NCBI RefSeq assembly: GCF_006345805.1
Contig: NW_021832080.1
Coordinates: 1 to 33,492, forward strand
Direction of reading: 5' to 3'
DNA: 33,492 nucleotides
Source of the DNA: Octopus sinensis
Lineage: Eukaryota
Position numbers and translations under genes: made by a program. Each line of letters begins with the position of its first letter. The first letter of the stretch is position 1. This document shows positions 12,056 through 24,205 of the stretch, in pieces. The notes under the pieces were generated by a model that had not been told where the DNA came from, did no database searches, and saw only the letters and a list, made by a program, of their open reading frames with translations.

Positions 12056-12368
12056 TGTATGTATGTATGTAGGTAGGTAGATAGGTAGGTAGATAGATAT
12101 ATGTATGTATGTATGTATGTAGGTAGGTAGGTAGGTAGGTAGGTAAGTGCATATGTTTGTATTTGAGTGCGTGTTCTGGTGTTTGCTCCCCACCGCTAGA
12201 AAATCGGTGTTAGTTTGTTTACGTCCCTCGTTATTTAGCGGTTTAGCAGAAGTCACTGATGGAATAAGTGCCATACTTTAAAATAATAAGTACTCAGATC
12301 TATTTGACTGACTAAACTTTTCAGGACGTTGCCTCAGCATGGCCCTGACTGCAGAGCAAGGAAAAGAA
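11843..12368 (+). mobile_element. SINE family A, old full-length copy
   Basis: AGGCGCGGGCGTAGCTGT head, AGACGGAAACTG, internal (TATG)/(TAGG)n, CAGCATGGCC 3' motif. Confidence 0.75.
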
Positions 12369-12394
12369 TTTCTATGAAATTGTAAAATTCATAA

Positions 12395-12612
12395 GACGGC
12401 GTGATGGCAGATTCGTTAGCACTTAAGACAAAGCGGCATTTATTCCGTCTCTTTACATTCTGAGCTCAAATTCCGCCATAGTCATCTTTGCCTTCCACCT
12501 CTTTCGGGGTTGATAAAATAAAGTACTGATCAAGTATTGGTGTTGATGAAATTGATTTGTCCCTTTCTCCAAACTCAGGCTTTGTGCCTATATCAGAACC
12601 AAAACAAAAAAT
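12395..12612 (+). mobile_element. SINE family B monomer
   Basis: TGGCAGATTCGTTAGC, TTCTGAGCTCAAATTCCGCC, TTTCGGGGTTGATAAAATAAAGTAC, GGCTTTGTGCCTATA. Confidence 0.75.
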
Positions 12613-12616
12613 TAAA

Positions 12617-12748
12617 GACGGCTGTGAGGTAATAAGCTGGGTTCCCAGCCACATTGTAGTGGGTTCAGTCCCACTGCGTGGCACCTTGGGCAAATGCCTT
12701 CTACTATAGCTTCGAATTTAGTTGACGGAAACTGGAAGAAGCACATCG

Positions 12749-12815
<67 letters not shown>

Positions 12816-13056
12816 GTGTGTGTGTGTGTTGTGTATGGGGAGGGGGTCTGTGTGTCTGTGTTTGTACCCCACCACCACTCGACAACCAGTGTAGGTGTGT
12901 TTATGTACCCGTGACTCCGCAGTTTGGCAAAAGATGTCGATTAGATATAGGCACCAAGCTTTAAAAAATAAGTCCCGGAGTCGATTTCTTTGGCGAAAAC
13001 CCTTCAAGGCGGTGCCCCAGCATGGCCGCAATCAAAAATGATTGAAACAAGTAAAC
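12617..13056 (+). mobile_element. SINE family A, near full length
   Basis: GGGTTCAGTCCCACTGCGTGGCACCTTGGGCAA, internal (TA)/(TG)n, GGCGGTGCCCCAGCATGGCCGCA. Confidence 0.85.
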
Positions 13057-13424
13057 GGTTCATTTTTACCCCCTAGGAAAGGTATGTCCCCCGTACGTTT
13101 TTAATTTTTTTTTTATGCTCCAAGAAACTTGTCCATGGGACCTAAATAGGTTCACCGTTGACGTAGAAGTTTACCACATGATAATTAGGTGAGATGATGA
13201 GATTAAAACTTTTTTTCTGAGCTAGTTATTTCAGTTAGTTGATTCTCCGCTATCACAATTTGTATATCTCTTCACATACCAGCACCACACCCGCCCACTT
13301 TCTCGTTACTTTACAATGTAAACATTATTAAATAACAATTACAAGGCTATAATTGTTGCACATTTTATTTCTCCAATCATTAAAACGAGCAACCACCACC
13401 ACCACCAACAACAACAACACCATA

Positions 13425-13456
<32 letters not shown>

Positions 13457-13951
13457 TACTACTAAATCACTATCAGCAACAATAACAAAAGTAACAAGCA
13501 TTACTGTAACAACAAGCATTATTATAACAAGAACAGTAACGAAAAATTACACAAACATCAAATATATAAAACAACAGCAACAAAACCATATAAACGAATT
13601 TTACTGTTTTTTCAATTTTTTTTATAGGGTGGGAGTGAGAGAGAGATTAGAAATTATGTGAGTCACAACATCACGTGACCCGCAACTATTTTTATTTTTT
13701 GCAGTTTGTTTATTTATTTATTTTCAAAAAACCGTTTTGTTTCTTTGATAGTTTCTGTTGTTTCACTGAGTTGTTTTATTTCAAATACTTTTTAGTTATT
13801 CCAATTTCTTGGCTTTGCTGTTTTTGCTTTAACTGCGGTGTATGTGAAGGTCGGTCATGTTCGAGCAAACCTATGGCATTCCAGTGATGACCATCCTGTT
13901 TATTTCAAAACAAAAAACACTCAAACTCTTAGCATTTCTGTATATCCTCCA

Positions 13952-15150
13952 GGTTGGAACGAAAGTTCTGTCCGTTTATCCTAATTGAAATAAAAATGAA
14001 AAAGCAGCCATAAATAGATTCATTTAATCACCAACATAGTCACCATTCTTTTCAATGACATCTTCCCATCTTTCCCAAATCTTTTTGATACCCTTTTCAT
14101 AAAATTCATTTGGTTTTGACTCGCAAAAAGAAACTAACTTCATTTCAACCTCTTCTCTTGAAGTAAGCCGAAGTAACTTCAAAATGATTCTGTAAGCTTC
14201 CAAAAAGATGGTAATCTGCTGGAGCAAGGTCAAGAGAATAAGGTGGTTGAAGCATAATTTCCCAGCCAAATTCTTCTAGGAGATTCTGATACACTCTTGC
14301 AGTGTGGGGTCTGGCATTATCATGCTGCAGGATCACTCTTGTTCTGTTTACCATCAAAGGCTGTTTTTCCTGCAAAACTTTTAAACATCTTAGCTGCTGG
14401 CAGTAAACTTGGGCTGTTATTGTTTGATTGTCACCTAACAGCTCATGGCCCGTCATACACTCACAAGAATCTTCTTTGGATGCGGACGAGTTCGAGGCTG
14501 TTGGATAGGCCTTGAATTACGGCTGAGTCACTGTTTTTGTGCTTAACATTATTGTAGAGAATCCAGTTCTTATCTCCAGTAATGATTCTATCTAAAAATG
14601 GTGTTTGAAGACACCGCAATCCACACGTTATTTGCGATTGCTTTCTGACAGATCATGTGGAACCCATCTTCCAGCCTTGGAGACTATCAAGCCTTATTAT
14701 TTCATGATAGATGATCATATGGCTCACATTAAACTCCTTGCTCAGTTCCTAATTGTAATGGTTGGATTTTCATCAACGGAAGCTTGCAATTCCTCAGAAT
14801 TAAGTCCTTTGAGGCGGCCTTCTCTTACTTCATCTTTTAGACTGAAGTCACCCTCTTTGAAACGTGAAAACCATCTTCTGCATGTCCTTTCATTCACCAC
14901 ATCATTTCCATAAGTGTTTTTGAGTGATCTTGCTACTGAACTTACTGTATTCCTCTTCTGGAATTCAGACAGTAATACATGCCGTGTGTGCTCTTTACAT
15001 GAAGTGTACATTTGGGTCATCTGAAAGAAGAAATGATATTTTAGCGATTTAGATAGCTACTAATATTATTTAGAAGTTAGGTTGGTGTAAACATGTCTTA
15101 AAATTATCCTACAAAAAAAAGATAAAACTGACAGAACTTTCGTTACAACC
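13952..15150 (-). mobile_element. mariner (DD34D) transposon, near full length, transposase pseudogene 15020-14024
   Basis: TIRs GGTTG(G/T)AACGAAAGTTCTGTC at 13952 and 15150; TA at 15151-52, CA on the left. Motifs WFSRFKEGD, WVPHDL, FLDRIITGD, LQHDNARPH, PPYSLDLAPADYHLF; several frameshifts. Confidence 0.95.
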
Positions 15151-16070
15151 TAAGACATAGGAGTGTAATTTTCGAGAAGATTTTCGCCAAAATTTTCAAG
15201 AGATCGAGTGACCGCAATGAGGTTCCCTATCTCTTCTCGAACTGTCTTCTCCATCCTTCACTTTCTCTCTCTCTCTCTCTTTCCCTTTTAATTTCTGCAC
15301 TCTCACACACACACGCACACACACGCGCGCGCGCGCACGTACACGCACACATATAATTTTTATCTTTTAAATGTTACAGCCATTGGACTGCGGTCATGTT
15401 GGAGTTCAGTTTTTTCACATTGCTTTCTTCTGTAAATTATGTTGAGGGTATAAATATCTAGGGAATACTCAGTTACATGTTCATTTAATGAATAAAGTTT
15501 CTTTCATTACTGAAAAAGACTGTGGATCCGGAGTGTGTGTGTGTATGTATGTATGTGTGTGTGTGTATGTGTGTGTGTGTGTGTGTGTTAAATTAAGGAT
15601 GTCTTTGCGGTCACTCGGTCGCTTGGAAATATTTTTTTTTAAATAGAAAACAACAGAGCATTTGCTGAATCGGAGACAATACAGAAAGCCTAAACAAATA
15701 AACCACACACATACACGCACTGTCGGCATGATAGGGTAGAAAATCGGTGTATTTTCAATGTAGTACTCAACCCGAACGCCTGGTTATCTACACCCTCAAA
15801 CTGGATCCTTGAGAAAAATTGGAGTCTACCGTTGCCGAAACTGTTCGTACTTGACTGGTAAAAGTAATGAGTTTTTATACTTTTTATTCCTCTTATCATT
15901 ATTATTGTTTTGTTTTTATCCATTTTCATTCATCCTTTTTAACTCTTATTTATAATTACTACCATGCCTCCTCTCTGTATGAGCAAATATTAAAATACAT
16001 GTTCGTCGCACAAACTAAGCACGTACATCTTGATGCTGAACTGATGAAGTGACACTCCAATCGCATATAT

Positions 16071-16276
16071 TACTCTCTTTTACTTGTTTCAGTCATTTGA
16101 CCGTGACCATGCTGGAGCACCGCCTTTAGTCGACCAAATCGACCCCCAGCATTTATTCTTTGTAAGCCTAGTACTTACTCTATCGGTATCTTTTGCCGAA
16201 CCGCTAAGTTACGGGGACGTAAACACACCAGCATTGGTTGTCAAGCGATGGTGGGGGGACAAACACAGACACACAA

Positions 16277-16327
<51 letters not shown>

Positions 16328-16740
16328 ATAAAACTTATATATAAAGAACATGAAATTCACGAATTGACAAACACGGAAAAACGGACAGTAATTCAGAGCC
16401 TTCATTCTTCAGTCAGAAACCGATTCATCATGGCAAATTTCGGCTGTTTAATTCTGAGATTTGCTCCGAAAGGGCCAGCCCCAAGGAAAAGCTAAGCTAT
16501 GGGCATTAGATTTGCTTGGTAGAAGGAAAGAATGTGACAACATATATATATATATATATATATACATACATATATGAAACGGGCTTCTTTCAGTTTTTAT
16601 CTACCAGATCCACTTACAAGGCTTTGGTCGGCCAGAGGCTATAGTAGAAGACACTTGCCCAAGGTGCCACGCAGTGGGACTGAACCCGGAACCATGTTGT
16701 TGGTAAGCAAGCCACTTACCACACGGCCACTACTACACCT
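16071..16740 (-). mobile_element. SINE family A interrupted by a ~215-bp insertion in its internal microsatellite
   Basis: 3' half 16071-16300 and 5' half 16578-16740 match family A; unrelated sequence ~16328-16541 lies between (TA)n tracts. Confidence 0.85.
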
Positions 16741-16989
16741 ATTGCGTAACTTTTCGCATAGAATCATTTACATGCAATACAGTTAGCAACGGGGTGATAC
16801 AGAAACAATTGTAACTAATAATGAAGTTATGGTATATACATTTTACGCCTTCTTACTTGTATTATATACGTATGTAGGCGTATATACATACATGCGTATA
16901 TACCGACATAGATGCTGCACATAAGTTTATTCCTTCGAACAGAACGACATTGCCTGTACACGTGTCACTGTGACCCACGCGTCAGATGT

Positions 16990-17119
16990 AGAAGTGATCA
17001 GAGTGTAGTGAAATAAAATGGCTTTGCTCAAGAAAATAAAACATCGTCTGGTTCAGAAATCGAAACCACTATTTTGCAATTGTGAGTGCAACACACTAAC
17101 TACTAGGCCACATGCGTTC
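16990..17119 (-). mobile_element. SINE family C, degenerate head
   Basis: Similar to 18140-18260 (TTTGCTCAAGAA, AATCGAAACCA, CTAAC.ACTA.GCCAC). Confidence 0.65.
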
Positions 17120-17139
17120 GTACTATATATGCGTGTGTA

Positions 17140-17177
<38 letters not shown>

Positions 17178-17384
17178 GGTGAGGGAGAGAACGAGAGTGT
17201 GTGTATATTCGTGTGTGTGTGTGCGCGCGCGTGCGCGTGTGTGCGTTCGTGCATACATATATGTATATGTTATATATGTATATATGATTCGAACTTAGAC
17301 TCTGACGTCTATACAAGCCCTAAGTTCGAATCATTTGAGCGTTAAGTGTTTTCTATACTGAGAATCTCTGGATCTCATTTGTTG

Positions 17385-17425
<41 letters not shown>

Positions 17426-17549
17426 TGTGTGTGTGTGTGGTGTGTGTGTGTGTGCTTGTGCGCGCATGTGCGTGTCCAAAAATTAAGGCATGTAATAGAT
17501 AAAATTTAGGTTACTTGTTTCATCGCTAACAGAACCTCGAAAGTAGTAA

Positions 17550-17930
17550 ATCATCTGTTTGGGACAGACAAGAAAAAGTAAGTACGCCATAGAGGTCAGC
17601 TTCCCTGTTGATGTAAATACCTCTTCGAAAATCAAGGAGAAAGTAGATAACTATGGACAACGGCTTCAAAAACCTCCAGCTTCTATATCCAGATTATAAC
17701 TTCAGATTTATACCAATAATAATTGGTGCCCTTGGTTTTGTGAGTAAATGCCGTAGTAAGAGTCTGGATAAGCTTGGGTTTTCAGAAAGAGAAATGAACC
17801 AGCTAATTTGCCCATTACAGATACAATCTGTAAATAGAACAGTAGAAATATACAAGAATTTTTTCTAGTTTGAAATACGAATTTGTTTTTTGCTATTTAC
17901 ATCCCAGTGACGAGGCTTTGTATCTCTGTT
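17550..17930 (+). mobile_element. RLE-type non-LTR retrotransposon 3' end
   Basis: VWDRQEK/IEVSFPVDVNTSSKIKEKVDNYG/KNLQLLYPDYNFRFIPIIIGALGFV; E.S.P.D, KEK..Y and PIIIGALG are RLE C-terminal hallmarks; stop at 17866-68. Confidence 0.8.
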
Positions 17931-17995
17931 TAGTTTGAAATACGAATTTGTTTTTTGCTATTTACATCCCAGTGACGAGGCTTTGTATCTCTGTT
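17866..17995. repeat. Perfect 65-bp tandem duplication
   Basis: 17866-17930 equals 17931-17995. Confidence 0.95.
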
Positions 17996-18000
17996 AGTAA

Positions 18001-18260
18001 AATAAAAATAAATGCGCCCTTTTAAAGCCTAGCCAGGCTCATGGGCCCGGTTTCCCGGTTTCAATGGCGTATGTGTTCCCCTGCCGGACGGGACGCCAGT
18101 CCATCGCAACGTTACTCATTTTTGCCAGCTGAGTGGACTGGAGCAACGTGAAATGAAGTGTTTTGCTCAAGAACACAACGCGTCACCCAGTCTAGGAATC
18201 GAAACCATAATCTTACGGTCATGATGCTGACACCCTAACCACTAAGCCACGCGCCTCCAC
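18001..18260 (-). mobile_element. SINE family C, full length with 14-bp TSD
   Basis: A box TGGCTTAGTGG, B box GGTTTCGATTCC, T-rich tail; ATCTCTGTTAGTAA at 17987-18000 and 18261-18274. Confidence 0.92.
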
Positions 18261-18614
18261 ATCTCTGTTAGTAACCAACTCTTTTCTCAGAGGAAAAATT
18301 CAAATAATTAAAAAATAGAAGAGAACATATATACATATATTCATTCAGACATATCCACATACACACATACACACACACATACATACATACATACATACAT
18401 ACATACAAACATACATACATACATACTACATACATACACACATGCATACATACATACATACATACATACATACATACATACATACATACATACATTTTAT
18501 TCTTGATTCAACTTGTTGGTTATGACCTTTCAGCAACAGACATGCATACATGCACACGCTTACGCAAGCTTTCATGCACACATACGCTCTCTTCCCCTCT
18601 CCCTCCTCTCTCTC

Positions 18615-18653
<39 letters not shown>

Positions 18654-18864
18654 CACACACACACAACACACACATACACACACGCACACACACAAGCGCG
18701 CTCCTGCGGTAGTGAGTGTGCAGAAACTGGTCTGAAGCAACAGTCCATGTTACAAAATAATCAATGCAAATACTTGCTATTTTATTATTACATTCGCCAT
18801 TTATTACAAGTATTCAGGAACCTAAATAACTTCACAGTTTTAGTATCATGTTGTTATATTTGTT

Positions 18865-19262
18865 GCTATTGTTGTTGATGCTGTTGCTGTAGTCTTGTAG
18901 AGTTGGTGGTGGTGGTGGTGGTGGTGGTGGATGCGGTGTATAGCTGTTGTTGTTATTTTTGTTCTTGTTGCCAGTACTGTTGTTTTTCAATGAAGTCTGG
19001 TGCCTAGCTGGCAGTAATAATTAGCGGGTACATGTTAATAATGGCGGTGGTGGTACTGCTGGTGGTGCTGGTGGTGCTGGTGCTGGTGGTACTGGTGGTG
19101 CTAGTGGTGGAGGTGATAGTAGTGGTGGATGTATTGGTGGAGGTAGTGTTGCAGGTGTGTGTGGTGGTAGTGGTGGTGGTGATGATGATGATGATGATGA
19201 TGATGATAATGATAATGATGATGATGATGATGACGACGACGACGATGACGATGATGATAATG

Positions 19263-19296
<34 letters not shown>

Positions 19297-20665
19297 CGAT
19301 GACGATGTGATGACGATGATGTTGATGATATTGATGATGATGATGATGATGAGAATGATGATGATGATGATGATGATCGTGGTGGAGATGGTAGTGGTCG
19401 AAGTAGATGGTGGTGAAGATGGTGGTAGTGATGAAACTAGTGGAGCAGGTGGTAGTGGTGGAGATGGTGGTACGTAAAATGGTGGTAGTGTTAGAGGTGG
19501 TGGTGGTTGTGGTGGTGGTGGTGATGGTGATGGTACTGCTGCTGCAGGTGGAAGCGGTGATGATGATGACGATGATGATGATGATGACGATGTTGTTGCT
19601 GTTGTTGTCGTTGTTGTGTATATGTTGAAGATGTTATTAGTTTTGATTGTTTGGCTGAAAAATCGAAGTTAATTTACTGCCGGGTGTGATACGGGTCAAT
19701 CACCCGGTTACTGATTGAAACTTATCGATCTTCGAACACTGCATAATTTCTACCAAAAGCAACCTACCGCAACCACCACCACCACCACCACCGCCGCCAC
19801 TACTACCTTCACCTCCGCCGCCGCCGCCACCACCATCGCCATTTCAATCACAAGCCTTCCACCCACTATTAGTACACTTCCATCACTTCTGTTGAAGTAG
19901 TTTCCCAAAACAGACAAACGCACTAACTCTACTATTATTGCTCCCACCACCATCGCCACCACTACTTCTACCATAACCACCACTATCGCGACCACCATCA
20001 GCGCTATCGCCTTCACAACCACCACTACCGCCATCACCACCATCACTATCTACATCACTACCTACATCACTCTCATCATCACCTCCATTATTATCATCTC
20101 CGCCGCTACCACTATCACCACCATCACTCCCACTACCGCCGTCACCACCATCCCTACCGCCACCACCATCACCTCCGCCATCACCACCATCACCACCGCC
20201 ATCACCCCTACCACTACCGAGATCACCAGCACCAATACCAGCATCACTACTATCACTACCGCCCACCACTACCGATACCACCATCATCAATCACTATCAC
20301 CGTCATCACCACTAGCACTACTGACATCACCTCCATCACCACCGTCGCCATCACTCCCACTACCGACATCACCATCACCAACATTGTCGTCATCTACACC
20401 ACCATCATTGTGGTTCTAATAATACTGTCATTGATACCACCATCGGTGGTATCGTCCTCATCACCACCAATATCACTACGATATCGCCATCACCATTATC
20501 ACCGTCACCGTACGCTGCCACCACCGCTGCCACCATCACCACCACCCCATACACTACCACCTCACACCATCGCAACCGTCAGCACCACTGCCGCCACAAC
20601 ACTCATCCCCACCGCAAATCACCACTGTGTATAATACCACCACCAGCATCACCAGCAGCATCACT
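18865..20665. repeat. Large degenerate trinucleotide region: (GGT/GAT)n then (ACC/ATC)n
   Basis: Directly visible; source of the poly-V/M/D/G ORFs. Confidence 0.9.
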
Positions 20666-20704
20666 CCCAGTTGGGCACTTCTAAATATTTTCATTAGCAA
20701 TCGC

Positions 20705-20740
<36 letters not shown>

Positions 20741-20861
20741 TGTGTGTGTTGTGTGTGTGTGTGTGTTTGTGTGTGTGTGGTGTGTGTGTGTGTGTGTGTG
20801 AATAAGTATGTAAAAAAGTCGATTGCCTAATCTGAGTTTTTATTTTAATTCTTATATGGAC

Positions 20862-21442
<581 letters not shown>

Positions 21443-21857
21443 GATATATATATTTAGAAGGCAAGAGAGAGAGACTTGTTTACATTTGTCATAATTTAGT
21501 GAGAAACTGTGTTCCAGAGAAAAAGTTACTTCCAGCCACACAAAAGATATAGCAAAAATGTACGTAATTAGTGCAGAATTAGCTAATTAATTTTAATAAA
21601 CTACTAACTAATCAGTTGAATATGTTCACTATATTATTGACTGTATATAGTCATAAGTACTATTTCTTTTCGTGAGTAAATCAGATAACATCTATATCTA
21701 ATGAGAACTAAACGAGATATGAAACTGGCCGATTACATTTTTGTTTTGTTTTTGTTATCGGAGAAAAATGCTATTGCTTACAATATAAAAAGATGTAACT
21801 TGCACCACTCTATATATCCGGATTTGGTTAGTTAGTTGAAAGACTCCCTTCATAATA

Positions 21858-22260
21858 GGCCTTTCTACTATAGGCACAAGGCCTGAAATTTTGGTAAGGA
21901 GGGGACTAGTTGATTATATCGATCTCAGTGTTTTACTAAATTTATCGACCCCCACCAAAAGAAAAATATGAAAGGTAACGTCGACCTCGGCGGAATTTGA
22001 ACTCAGAAGTAACGGCAGACGAAATACCTATTTCTTTACTACCCACAAGGGGCTAAACACAGAGAGGACAAACAAGGACTGACAAACGGATTAAGTCGAT
22101 TATATCGACTCCAGTGCGTAACTGGTACTTATTTAATCGACCCCGAAAGGATGAAAGGCAAAGTCGACCTCGGCGGAATTTGAACTCAGAACGTAACGGC
22201 AGACAAAATACCGCTAAGCATTTCGTCCGGCGTGCTCACGATTCAACCAGCTCCCCGCCT
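21858..22260 (-). mobile_element. SINE family B, two-body form
   Basis: 22029-22250 is a near reverse complement of 4331-4552. Flanked by AGACTCCCTTCATAATA (21841-57) and AGGCTCACTTCATAATA (22262-78), a probable TSD (15/17). Confidence 0.9.
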
Positions 22261-22460
22261 TAGGCTCACTTCATAATAAGGACATCCTGGAGTCGATACC
22301 ACTGCGTAACATTTTGTTCAAGTGATTTTTTACTGCGCTCTCGGATCAACCCAAATTTGTGATTGAATTGGGGTGAAATTTGATGAACGAAAAATTGCGT
22401 GTAAGTCTGACGGATTGAATGTGCCTGGAATTCAAATAACCAACCTTGTTTATACATACG

Positions 22461-22488
<28 letters not shown>

Positions 22489-22491
<3 letters not shown>

Positions 22492-23903
22492 GGAGACCCA
22501 CAAACTCCTAAATGCAAATCAGCATGGCTTTCGCTGTGGCAGGGACTGTCTAACACAGTTCTTACACCACATTGAAGATGTACTCAAAGCCTTGGGAACA
22601 GGTTCGAACTCTGACGTCATATATCTTGACTTCAGTAAAGCGTTCGACAGGGTAGACCATAACATCCTACTCTCAAAATTGGCAAATGTTGGAATCCGTG
22701 GAAAAGTTCTACACTGGATTAAGTATTTCCTGGCGAATAGAACACAACATGTTGTAGTTGATGGAGTCCACTCAAACCCAGCAAAAGTCACCAGCGGTGT
22801 TCCCCAGGGAACTGTTTTGGGTCCGCTACTCTTCATAATTTACGTAAACGACCTTTCCAGTGTCGTACATTACTGCAAAGTGAAAATATTAGCTGATGAC
22901 ACTAAGCTCCAGCAAATCGTCAATGAAGAAGCAGACCGAACTCAACTCCAGTCTGATCTATATGCTGTGAGTCAATGGGCAGACAGAAACAAAATGCAAC
23001 TGAATGAGGGAAAATTTGAGCTGATGCATTTTGGAAGAAATTCCTCACTAAAACAACCATACTCTCTTCCTTCAGGGGAACCGCTCACAGCCTCTAACAA
23101 TATCAGAGACCTGGGTGTAATTGTTGATGACGATCTCAGTTGGAGTGCACACATCAACAAGAAGGTCGATATAGCTCGTAGGATGAGTTCCTGGATCTTA
23201 AGAACTTTCCGGTCCAGAGAACAAGGTGTCATCATACCACTTTTTCCTCCTTTGTACGGCCACACCTTGAATACTGCTGCCCACTGTGGTCTCCTCACAC
23301 AAGACAAAACATCTCCAGAATTGAGTCACCCCAGAGGGCACTCACTAAACAAACTGAAGGCATGGTTGCTCTCGATTATTGGGATCGCCTTAAAGCCTTG
23401 AAACTTTACTCCCTCTAGCGTCGCCGTGAGCGATACATCATTTGTACGATGTGGAAAATATACCGCCAACTTTGCCCAAACGACCTAAACATTAGCTTCA
23501 AGGTTCATCCAAGACTTGGACCACGGGCTATACGTCCCCTGCCCAATTCAAGATCACAACATACATGTACACTGCAACATAATTGTTTTTTTCTCAACAG
23601 GCCCTGCCCTATTTAACATTGTCCCGAGGGAGATCAAAGAGGAAAAGGATCCCATCAACTTTAACAGAGTCTGGATAGATTCCTTCAAAGAATACCAGAT
23701 AAGCCACCCAAAATTGGATACACTCACCCAACAAGAACTCACTACTTGAACAAAACTGGATACAACTCACCCAACAAGAACTCACTACTTGAACAAAACT
23801 TGACTTAAACAGGATTCGAATAATCCTATCAGGTGGTGCTATTAAGTTAGACATGGCCTGGACCAATCTTTGGTCGAAACATATCTAAGTTTCATCTAAG
23901 TTT
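22489..23903 (+). mobile_element. CR1-group LINE, 5'-truncated, RT domain plus 3' end
   Basis: QHGFR, VIYLDFSKAFDRVDH, SGVPQGTVLGPLLFIIYVND, LADDTKL, RDLGV. Frameshift near 23243 and stops downstream; 3' stem-loop GACCA-ATCTT-TGGTC and (ATCTAAGTTT)x2 tail; (TA)n on both sides. Confidence 0.92.
23709..23800. repeat. 42/43-bp tandem duplication in LINE 3' region
   Basis: CAAAA(T/C)TGGATAC(A)ACTCACCCAACAAGAACTCACTACTTGAA twice. Confidence 0.9.
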
Positions 23904-24022
23904 ATATATATATATATATTTAATTAATTAAGGGTAGAAATTGATATTTATCAATTAAGACCAGTGGTCTAGCATATTAAAAAAGAATCCGAAGATTAAA
24001 ATAGTTATATTATATATACCCT

Positions 24023-24205
24023 TAAGGACTGAACACAAAGTGGACAGTCAACATGCTAGATTAGACGTCAAATCGCCATTCACCACAAAAATTATGTTTT
24101 CGTCAGATCAAACTCAGTTTGATCTGAGAACATAATCTTTTGTGGTGAATGGCGATTTGACGTCTATATCTATCATGTTGATGTCATTTTCGTGTTCAGT
24201 CCTTA
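24023..24205. repeat. ~180-bp imperfect palindrome centred at 24115
   Basis: TAAGGACTGAACAC..TAGACGTCAAATCGCCATTCACCACAAAA..TCAGATCAAACT-C-AGTTTGATCTGA..TTTTGTGGTGAATGGCGATTTGACGTCTA..GTGTTCAGTCCTTA. Confidence 0.92.

Noticed and set aside
15160-15635. TTGCGGTCACTCG-containing segments (15160-15226 minus, ~15600-15632 plus; weakly ~32185-32235)
   Set aside because: Probably an old dispersed repeat, but too short and degenerate to delimit or classify.
19032-20634. Poly-Asp/Met/Val/Gly ORFs as low-complexity proteins
   Set aside because: Several frames on both strands are open because of trinucleotide repeats; there is no splice or domain support.
22373-23401. 342-aa ORF as a host gene
   Set aside because: It is a LINE RT. 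The N-terminus is read through flank and (TA)n, and the C-terminus is frameshifted.
23855-23885. Stem-loop followed by GAAAC as a hammerhead
   Set aside because: It lacks the upstream CUGANGA and is better explained as the LINE 3' stem-loop.
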